64,000 nt of DNA. Origin: a virus. Taxonomy: Duplodnaviria; Caudoviricetes. The notes beneath the pieces were generated by a model, which was given only the letters and a program-made list of their open reading frames with translations, had not been told where the DNA came from and searched no databases. Positions within the stretch are counted from its first letter, which is position 1. Each line of letters starts with the position of its first letter. The position numbers and the translations under genes were made by a program. This document shows, in pieces, positions 57,370-64,000 of this stretch. The stretch covers positions 1 through 64,000 of the IMG/VR virus record IMGVR_UViG_3300021958_000044; one strand, written 5' to 3'.

Positions 57370-58035
57370 ATGTTTGATTTACAGCTCTCAGACCTTCAGA
57401 AACTGCCTAGACGGAACGTTAACGGCAAAAGAGTATATGAGACACCAGACGGCTCTCACTACCCTTCTATCACGACTATAACGTCTCAGATGAACGCTAA
57501 AGCAATAAGCGAGTGGAGAGCTAGAGTTGGTAGTACTGCAGCAAATAAAATAACAGCACAGGCATCAGCCAGAGGAACTAGCGTACATAAATTATGTGAA
57601 GATTATATTCTTGGAGAGTTAACTGAAGAAAAGGTAATGCCTTCTAACAAAGAAATGTTCCTCACTATAAAGAAACATTTGGACAAACACGTAACAGTTG
57701 TTAGATCAGTAGAAGGATTTCTTTATAGTGATTTTCTAAGAGCAGCTGGCCAAGTAGACTTAGTCGCTGAATACGATGGCGTGCTTTCTATTATAGATTT
57801 CAAAACAGCTAAGAAGAAAAAGAAAGAAGAGTGGATCCAGAATTATTTTGTTCAGGAGTCAGCTTATAGTTTTATGTTTGAGGAGAGAACCGGGCTTCAG
57901 GTTCCTCAGTTAGTTACAATCATTGGGGTCGATGGAGAGGTAGAGCCCCAAGTGTTCATTAAGAACACTAAGGAGCGTAACCAATACTTACTTCAGTTTC
58001 TTACTCTACGCGAGAGTTTTGGAGAAGCTGACTAA
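57370..58035 (+). CDS. PD-(D/E)xK exonuclease (T4-like exonuclease A type)
   Basis: YPSITT, RGTSVH, AGQVDLVAEYDGVLSIIDFKT; follows phoH. Confidence 0.88.
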   Translation: MFDLQLSDLQKLPRRNVNGKRVYETPDGSHYPSITTITSQMNAKAISEWRARVGSTAANKITAQASARGTSVHKLCEDYILGELTEEKVMPSNKEMFLTIKKHLDKHVTVVRSVEGFLYSDFLRAAGQVDLVAEYDGVLSIIDFKTAKKKKKEEWIQNYFVQESAYSFMFEERTGLQVPQLVTIIGVDGEVEPQVFIKNTKERNQYLLQFLTLRESFGEAD

Positions 58036-58189
58036 GATTTTTATTTTCAGATTTTAGAGCTAAAATCTCTTTTCTTAATTCTACATTTTTAATTAGAGCA
58101 CCATACTTAGCTTTCTCTAATTCTGCTATCTGAAGTTTTAAATGATTTTCTATAGAGATAGATTTAGCTATCTGTTCCCTCTGAGACAT
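58001..58189 (-). CDS. Small coiled-coil hypothetical protein (62 aa)
   Basis: Heptad-like sequence; overlaps neighbours by 26-35 nt. Confidence 0.5.
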   Translation of the reverse strand: MSQREQIAKSISIENHLKLQIAELEKAKYGALIKNVELRKEILALKSENKNLSQLLQNSRVE

Positions 58190-59180
58190 TAGTTGTTTCC
58201 TTACTGTTGATGATATTGTTTAACAAAACAGCCCACTGCTTTGCTCTCACTTCCCAATTGTAAAAACCATTGGTATATGCTTTCTGCATATTGAGTCTTT
58301 CATCCATTACTGGATCAGTGACTAGTTGTAAAGCGTCTCCTAGAGTTAGAGCACATCTAGTGGCATGCTCGTTCATATCTTCAGTGTAGTCGTACTGGAG
58401 GGTCCAATTAGCTGTCGTTTCTGGTAATGCAGCTAAACTACTATGAACACAAATACAACCTGCGCTCATAGCTTCTAACATAGCAATACAGCTTGTCTCT
58501 GGCCATACGCTAGGTAGACAGAAGATGTGTGCCTTCTGTAACGCTTTATGAATTTCTTTATTTTCAACATGACCGTGATATGTCATATTAGGATGTTTCT
58601 TTATTTTTTTGAATAGATCTTTAAAAGGCTTGTCTCGTTCTTTCCATCCATAGATTCCAAACGAACTATAAACATCTAAGTGCCAGTTGATGTGCGAGAA
58701 GTGTTGTTCCACCCATTCCATAATAGGATACAAAAGCTCTAATCCTCTATGAGGGGTAGTATGATAAATCAAGTTAACACATTCTTTAGGATCTGGTTTA
58801 GTGTGCTCAGCAATAGGTTCAATTGCATTTTGAAGCACGACAATCTTACTTGGAGGAACTCCTAGAAAGTCTACTATTTGTTGTTTCTGCCAATGCGACA
58901 CACAAACAATCTTTTCAAACTTTTCCCATCCGCCATCTTTTAGATGGCTCATTTCTGGATCCTGTGCTAGATCGTGAACCCAATAGATCGGAATCTTGCC
59001 TTTAACGGTTCCTCTAAATCTACTAGGAATAATCTGAAACTTGTCCAGTACCGCAGGATCAATTTTTTTATTAAGGGCGTACTTCATAAGTTCAGTGCCG
59101 CCCATTGCATTTCTGTCTAACTCATTAGACTCGACTTGAGGATTTGACTCCTCAGGATCGCCTATCACATTTAATTTCAT
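58164..59180 (-). CDS. GT4 (GT-B) glycosyltransferase
   Basis: GGTELM, IYHTTPHRGLELL, ETSCIAMLEAMSAG (EX7E), SSLAALPET. Confidence 0.88.
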   Translation of the reverse strand: MKLNVIGDPEESNPQVESNELDRNAMGGTELMKYALNKKIDPAVLDKFQIIPSRFRGTVKGKIPIYWVHDLAQDPEMSHLKDGGWEKFEKIVCVSHWQKQQIVDFLGVPPSKIVVLQNAIEPIAEHTKPDPKECVNLIYHTTPHRGLELLYPIMEWVEQHFSHINWHLDVYSSFGIYGWKERDKPFKDLFKKIKKHPNMTYHGHVENKEIHKALQKAHIFCLPSVWPETSCIAMLEAMSAGCICVHSSLAALPETTANWTLQYDYTEDMNEHATRCALTLGDALQLVTDPVMDERLNMQKAYTNGFYNWEVRAKQWAVLLNNIINSKETTNVSEGTDS

Positions 59181-59416
59181 AATGATTCATTCAATTCCAA
59201 AAAAGTTTTTAGTTGGTCATATCCGCCGATCAATTGATCGTCTCTATAAATCTGCGGCATAGTTCTTGCTGCAGGGTTCTTCTCTCTGAGCTCACTGAAC
59301 CAATCAATGTTCTCAGAAATGTTTTTCACCTCTACATTATCTTCGTCTTTTAAAGCAAACTTTGCTTTGTCACAATAAGGACAATGGTCCTTTGAATAAA
59401 TTAACCAATTAGCCAT
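59177..59416 (-). CDS. Glutaredoxin
   Basis: CPYC active site, TMPQI, IGGY. Confidence 0.92.
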   Translation of the reverse strand: MANWLIYSKDHCPYCDKAKFALKDEDNVEVKNISENIDWFSELREKNPAARTMPQIYRDDQLIGGYDQLKTFLELNESL

Positions 59417-59417
59417 A

Positions 59418-59594
59418 CTATTTTAAGTTAGTCTTCCCGCCACCAGACTTAGGTCTTCCGCCACCTGCTTTTTTCTTAGGTGCAGGCTTAGGTTTAGGTG
59501 CTGGTACATCCTCTTTTTTCTTGTCTTGCCAAATGTGATATCCAATGAAACCAACAAATGCCACAATGATTAAAATTCCTAAAGTGCTTTCCAT
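59418..59594 (-). CDS. Small single-TM protein with Lys/Pro/Gly-rich tail (58 aa), absent from the ORF track
   Basis: Manual translation MESTLGILIIVAFVGFIGYHIWQDKKKEDVPAPKPKPAPKKKAGGGRPKSGGGKTNLK; SD AAGGAG; AATAAATA at 59620-59627. Confidence 0.75.
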   Translation of the reverse strand: MESTLGILIIVAFVGFIGYHIWQDKKKEDVPAPKPKPAPKKKAGGGRPKSGGGKTNLK

Positions 59595-59663
59595 ATTTTT
59601 CTCCTTGTATTATATACGTTATTTATTATAACGATTTTTGCGATTAGTATAACACCATCCATA

Positions 59664-60035
59664 TTATAATTCAACAGCAAATATCTTATTTGCGTCTACT
59701 TGTACCTTTTCTAAATCAAAATTAATACTTACACCACAACCACATGCTGCCTGTTCTTTAGGATTTACAAACTTAAATAGTTTATTTAAACCCTCGGTAA
59801 TAAAATCTAACGTCATCCCAGATAAGTATGGAACGCTCATTTTGTTGATGAGAATGTTAAATTTTCCATAATCAAGGACAATATCATCAGCATTGCCATC
59901 ATCATTGCTAGAATCAAAGACGTACTCAAAACCAGCACACCCACCACCGGTGATTCCCAGTCGTATATTTTTCCATCCGTCTCTTTTCTGATTCTCAAGT
60001 AGCTGTTGAATAGCCTCATCTGTTAACTCTATCAT
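59664..60035 (-). CDS. iscA: IscA/HesB-family Fe-S carrier
   Basis: GITGGGCAGFEY ... FVNPKEQAACGCGVS (three conserved Cys). Confidence 0.92.
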   Translation of the reverse strand: MIELTDEAIQQLLENQKRDGWKNIRLGITGGGCAGFEYVFDSSNDDGNADDIVLDYGKFNILINKMSVPYLSGMTLDFITEGLNKLFKFVNPKEQAACGCGVSINFDLEKVQVDANKIFAVEL

Positions 60036-60451
60036 TGGTTATGTTTTCTGTGAGCTGTTTTCTCTTCCCAGTGTTTTAATGCTTTTTTAATAGAGTCTTC
60101 TGCAAGAACAGAACAGTGTAGTTTGATAGGAGGTAGATCTAATGCTTCAGCAATGTCCTTGTCCTTAATCTCCAGTGCTTCGGTCATTGTAAGACCTTTC
60201 AACATCTCAACGAACATAGTAGATGAAGCAATAGCGCTTCCACATCCATATGTCTTGAACTTGACGTCTTCTATAACATCAGTGTCTGGGTTAACTTTAA
60301 GATCCAGCTTCATAACATCACCGCAAGCAGGAGCTCCTGCCATTCCGGTTGCTACGTTTGGATCTTTAGGATCAAATCTACCTACACCATGAGCTGCAGG
60401 GTTGTTTAAAACCTCTTCGAATCTTTTTACTACCTTTTCGCTATATGCCAT
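60032..60451 (-). CDS. iscU: IscU Fe-S scaffold
   Basis: GAPACGDVMKL, FKTYGCGSAIASS, LPPIKLHCSVLAED. Confidence 0.95.
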   Translation of the reverse strand: MAYSEKVVKRFEEVLNNPAAHGVGRFDPKDPNVATGMAGAPACGDVMKLDLKVNPDTDVIEDVKFKTYGCGSAIASSTMFVEMLKGLTMTEALEIKDKDIAEALDLPPIKLHCSVLAEDSIKKALKHWEEKTAHRKHNQ

Positions 60452-60678
60452 TAGATTATCCCTAAATTTTTCAATATAGGTGCATACTCTATACCAGCTC
60501 CAAAAAGGTTTAGGATAAAGATAGCACCATTGATGATTACTATTTTAATTCCTAGTAGAATGAATATTACATATGGTATTGTTTTTAATAGACCATTCTT
60601 TTTGTAGAACTTTATTATCGGCCAGTCCCATTTGCCGTTCTTAATAAACATTAAATAACTACTTCTGTTTCGTCCCAC
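60451..60678 (-). CDS. Small membrane protein
   Basis: Hydrophobic C-terminal half; TAATG overlap with iscU; start may be 60651. Confidence 0.55.
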   Translation of the reverse strand: MGRNRSSYLMFIKNGKWDWPIIKFYKKNGLLKTIPYVIFILLGIKIVIINGAIFILNLFGAGIEYAPILKNLGII

Positions 60679-61493
60679 TCAACATCAGAGTACTGAGGAT
60701 GGAATGTATCCATTCTGCTCTCACCTTCTTTTCCAAACTGTTCAACAAATTGCTTATACTTGACTGGAACGCCAATGTTATACTTTTGTCTCACTTCTTG
60801 GATGTCCATTTCTAATAGCTCCATAGGACCTAAATGAAATAAACTCTTATCTACTTTCTTAGAAAGCTCTATACATTCTTTTCTAACTTCCCAAGGTAAT
60901 TTTGACTTTGTCTTTCTTGCAACTTTCCATGTACCAAAGAACGATACTACTTTTGGTGGCTTAAATGCAGAAAGATGACTTGTGACTTCTTGGATCATTG
61001 CTTCGCCCATTGTTGCAGTATCGTATCTAAACAATACGTGCCAGAAGTCGTGTACTAATAGAAGATGCCTTGAAAGATTAACTCTTACTTCTTGGTCAAA
61101 TCTTTCTGGATTAGCTTCTTCGTGTTTGAATCTTTGATTATATAAATCTTCAATACCCCAATTCTTTATGAGGTTAAAGTAATGGGCACCTACCGTGTTA
61201 GGTGCCAGTTTATTCAAATAGTCAAAATTCATCAAAGTTGGTACAGTAACTTCATCAACATACTCTTCAGCAAATTGACCTCTAGCCCAAAGAATATCTC
61301 TACCCTTTTTGGTCTTTCTGTTAGCTGCTGCCATCATTGGCCCGAATGGAATATTCATCTCACGGTACATATTAACAATATGATCAAGACGATGCTGTCC
61401 GTTCATGTCCGGGTTGTCATAATTACCAAATCCCTTTGTGTCAGTTGACATTAGGTACTTGGTGGTTTTAAATATCTTTGATAAATTCCACAT
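60651..61493 (-). CDS. Coq4-like metal-binding protein (280 aa)
   Basis: YLNKLAPNTVGAHY ... HDFWHVLFRYDTATMGEA matches the Coq4 pattern LP.GTLG..Y ... HDxxH.L.G....GE. Confidence 0.7.
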   Translation of the reverse strand: MWNLSKIFKTTKYLMSTDTKGFGNYDNPDMNGQHRLDHIVNMYREMNIPFGPMMAAANRKTKKGRDILWARGQFAEEYVDEVTVPTLMNFDYLNKLAPNTVGAHYFNLIKNWGIEDLYNQRFKHEEANPERFDQEVRVNLSRHLLLVHDFWHVLFRYDTATMGEAMIQEVTSHLSAFKPPKVVSFFGTWKVARKTKSKLPWEVRKECIELSKKVDKSLFHLGPMELLEMDIQEVRQKYNIGVPVKYKQFVEQFGKEGESRMDTFHPQYSDVEWDETEVVI

Positions 61494-61499
61494 AACTGA

Positions 61500-61718
61500 T
61501 TATAAGTCCTTCCAGCCTTCTGATTTAACGAAAGTGAAAATACCGTAAGCTAATGCTAGCCATGCTAACCAGTCTACAATACCTCCAAGAATTATCCAGC
61601 ATAAAGATAGAGCTATAATAATGCCTCCATCCCATGAAGTACGCTCAGCCCATCGAGCTAAGATCCAATCTTTTGCGATATTAATAATATCCATAAAGTC
61701 TCCTTTTATTATTCCCAA
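61500..61718 (-). CDS. Small membrane protein (72 aa)
   Basis: ERTSWDGGIIIALSLCWIILGG..WLAWLALAYGIFTFVK; two short hydrophobic segments. Confidence 0.7.
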   Translation of the reverse strand: MGIIKGDFMDIINIAKDWILARWAERTSWDGGIIIALSLCWIILGGIVDWLAWLALAYGIFTFVKSEGWKDL

Positions 61719-62158
61719 GGAAAGACTATCCAGTCGTTTTCCTTTTCTTTATTTATTACCTCTCCAGAATACAGTGATGTAAATTTTGAGCTATCTTTAG
61801 TGAATAATGATGCAAATCTAGGATGTGGAATCAGTTTTCTATAACATTGATCTAACACTGCTTCAAAAGTAGACCCACTATCGTTGATGTCGTCTACGAT
61901 AATAATATTAGAGAAATCTGAAAGCTCCTTCCAGTTAAATTTAGATGTGGACGCCATGCCATCTCGTAATGAGATGTTAAGACAGTACAATGGGACGTTA
62001 AACATATGTGATAGCATAACTGCTGGAACTAACCCTCCACGGGTTAGTCCAACAATTGCATCTGGTTCGTCATGTCCTACCTGGGCAGCTATATGCTGTA
62101 CAAGTTCAGTACACTCGTCCCAAGTGACTACTCTTCTTACAGGTTCTCTTTGATCCAT
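61709..62158 (-). CDS. Type I phosphoribosyltransferase (xanthine/hypoxanthine-guanine PRT-like)
   Basis: IVGLTRGGLVPA, IIIVDDINDSGST PRPP loop, WIVFPWE. Confidence 0.88.
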   Translation of the reverse strand: MDQREPVRRVVTWDECTELVQHIAAQVGHDEPDAIVGLTRGGLVPAVMLSHMFNVPLYCLNISLRDGMASTSKFNWKELSDFSNIIIVDDINDSGSTFEAVLDQCYRKLIPHPRFASLFTKDSSKFTSLYSGEVINKEKENDWIVFPWE

Positions 62159-62658
62159 TTTAGTACCGCTTCAGGCTTTGATGCTTCATAAGGATCACCT
62201 TCGACATCATTACCAAATCCTTCTTCCGGAAAACTTGCAAGTACTGTATTAGTATCACCGTCAACGACAAGAGCGTATCTCCAACTTCTAATACCAAAGT
62301 TTAGATTGCGCTTTTGTACATTAGCACCAATTTGTGTTGCAAAGTCTGCATTACCATCAGGCAATGATCTAACATTAGTGACACCTTGAGCGTCGAACCA
62401 TGAGTTCATAACAAACGGATCGTTCACAGAGGTGCAATAGATATTAGTAATACCTGCATCTACAAATTTGCTGAACAGCATTTCATAACCTGGCAGCTGC
62501 TGTGAACTGCATGTAGGGGTAAAAGCTCCTGGAAGTCCAAAGATAACAACTTTCTTACCTTTGATCTCTTTTTGTAAATCAATATTTACAAATTCACCAG
62601 CAACTCTATCCTTGTAACGAAAAAGAGGGAGGGATTCACCCACAGAAATAAAAGCCAT
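62137..62658 (-). CDS. Peroxiredoxin (Prx5/redoxin type)
   Basis: GLPGAFTPTCS, SVNDPFVMNSW, DGNADF, RSWRYA. Confidence 0.92.
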   Translation of the reverse strand: MAFISVGESLPLFRYKDRVAGEFVNIDLQKEIKGKKVVIFGLPGAFTPTCSSQQLPGYEMLFSKFVDAGITNIYCTSVNDPFVMNSWFDAQGVTNVRSLPDGNADFATQIGANVQKRNLNFGIRSWRYALVVDGDTNTVLASFPEEGFGNDVEGDPYEASKPEAVLKWIKENL

Positions 62659-62891
62659 TACTCTGTGCCCTCCTCAGGTCGATCAGGTGTTTCTACTTCC
62701 CTTAGTCCAACTAGTTGAGCAATAATGGTTCCTAGAAGAGGATCCTGTTCTTTGTTCAACCAATTTTTAAGGTAGTCTAACTCAAGCTCTTCAAACTGAT
62801 TGTTGGTTGATAGAACTCTAATGAGTCCATCAATAGCTCCTGCTAGTTGGAAGACAACTTTGTCGACATTTTTAAACTGACTATCAGCCAT
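62658..62891 (-). CDS. Hypothetical protein (77 aa)
   Basis: SD AGGAG, upstream promoter, TAATG overlap with the peroxiredoxin gene. Confidence 0.7.
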   Translation of the reverse strand: MADSQFKNVDKVVFQLAGAIDGLIRVLSTNNQFEELELDYLKNWLNKEQDPLLGTIIAQLVGLREVETPDRPEEGTE

Positions 62892-62917
62892 AATATTCTC
62901 CTAATAAAGTTTCGTGT

Positions 62918-62946
62918 ATTATACGATTAAATAATTTTAAGGTCAA
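62918..62946 (-). promoter_or_regulatory. Sigma70-type promoter TTGACC-N17-TATAAT
   Basis: Overlaps the end of the upstream gene; would drive the 77-aa, Prx and PRTase genes. Confidence 0.7.
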
Positions 62947-63379
62947 CGAGCTTCTTGTATAGACGCTCTTGCTCACGGTACGCTTCTTTTTCACACGGCT
63001 GTTTGCTGTATGAGAGTTTAGACACATCTTTAGATTTCCACTTACGTCCATCTAAAGACATCTCGCCTCGAAGATATTGTTTTACATGACACCACTCATG
63101 TAGCAACGTTTTTATAAAATCACGTTTATTTTGATTAACAAGATCAATAGTAGCCCATTTAATATTGCCATTGTCAGTTGGGATGATGTCTATTGAGGCA
63201 TATCCAACAGCAAAATTATCCATCAACTTTCGAGACAGATGTTGTTTAATACTTACAACGGCTTTAAATCGACTGAGCTTATATTCATCAATAACAAACG
63301 CACTAATCTTATCAATCAGCTGTTCACGTGACTTAGATAGTTTCCCACCGCGAACACCGGTGACGATAGTTGCAACCAT
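62927..63379 (-). CDS. HExxH putative metallopeptidase-like protein
   Basis: FIKTLLHEWCHVKQY...YSKQPCEKEAY; start placed at ATG 63379 (SD GAGGA). Confidence 0.7.
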   Translation of the reverse strand: MVATIVTGVRGGKLSKSREQLIDKISAFVIDEYKLSRFKAVVSIKQHLSRKLMDNFAVGYASIDIIPTDNGNIKWATIDLVNQNKRDFIKTLLHEWCHVKQYLRGEMSLDGRKWKSKDVSKLSYSKQPCEKEAYREQERLYKKLVDLKII

Positions 63380-63380
63380 A

Positions 63381-63983
63381 TTACTTCCTCTTGTTAATGA
63401 TTTGTAGGTATATGTCTTCCCAATCACGAGCTACAAAGTAGTCGTGTTCAAGATTCATATTGTAGCCATGTTCCATCAAAATGGGTTCAAAGTCAACAGC
63501 ATCTCCTGCATCGCAGTTCTCTAGTTTGTCTTCTACCCATAGACAGCCTCGATACTTCTTGGCTAGTTTGTATAGAGCTTCATCTTTATCAGCTCCTGTA
63601 TCAAGATAGACAAACTCTTCAAACACATCACCAAATATCTTTTTAAGATTCCTAGTTCTTAGTTCTTGAGCTGCCTTATCATTAGACAGTGAGGTACACA
63701 CAACAAATCTATAACCGTAGTTATTGTAAAGGAGTCGAACGATTTCTTGCGCGTCCCTCAATGGTGGTAAGAAACCAATAGCGGCAGACTGATTGAACAG
63801 CCTTACCCATTTCCTACCTTCTGTCTTGCTGAGACCAAATTGCTCAGCTGCGTTGTAAATGAACTGGTGTCCTTTTACTTTACTAAACCCTTGATGTTCC
63901 ATCCAGATTTGGAAGGCGTCCTCCCAGTTAAGGAGGACTCCATCTACGTCGGTTACAATTATCTTCTTCTTAGCTATAGACAT
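63381..63983 (-). CDS. HAD-superfamily hydrolase (5'-nucleotidase-like)
   Basis: TDVDGVLLNW motif I, VCTSL, WVEDK. Confidence 0.85.
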   Translation of the reverse strand: MSIAKKKIIVTDVDGVLLNWEDAFQIWMEHQGFSKVKGHQFIYNAAEQFGLSKTEGRKWVRLFNQSAAIGFLPPLRDAQEIVRLLYNNYGYRFVVCTSLSNDKAAQELRTRNLKKIFGDVFEEFVYLDTGADKDEALYKLAKKYRGCLWVEDKLENCDAGDAVDFEPILMEHGYNMNLEHDYFVARDWEDIYLQIINKRK

Positions 63984-64000
63984 TAAGCTGCCTCCAGCAT

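Noticed and set aside
57370-58035. Cas4-like nuclease as a CRISPR component
   Set aside because: Standard T4-like PD-(D/E)xK exonuclease next to phoH, without Fe-S cysteines or an array.

Overview
The window is a 64-kb, AT-rich, gene-dense segment of a T4-like myovirus whose gene content resembles marine T4-like phages. 1-38978 (minus strand) is a late virion module: several tail-fibre genes, a DUF4815/VrlC-type protein and baseplate genes gp8, gp7, gp6, gp25, gp5, a gp27-like hub, gp53 and gp48. 39000-44364 (plus) carries gp4, gp2, gp54-like, gp26, gp51 and a probable tape-measure/hub gene. 44365-64000 carries gp32, gp59, gp33, RNase H, PhoH, an exonuclease and many accessory genes: five more glycosyltransferase-like genes, a methyltransferase, Fe/2OG oxygenases, Bfd-, IscA-, IscU-, glutaredoxin-, peroxiredoxin-, Coq4- and PRTase-like genes. 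The most striking feature is two adjacent Tyr-rich proteins (2093 aa and 1143 aa) built from an aromatic-every-4th-residue repeat. In both, the N- and C-terminal arms mirror each other in length and register breaks; in the larger one even length-matched tandem duplications are mirrored. This points to very long antiparallel hairpin fibres. Directly downstream lies a late-promoter cassette containing a glycosyltransferase and an oxygenase-like gene. No tRNA, CRISPR array, integrase, transposase or reverse transcriptase was recognised. All product calls rest on motif recognition and gene order; no database search was run.
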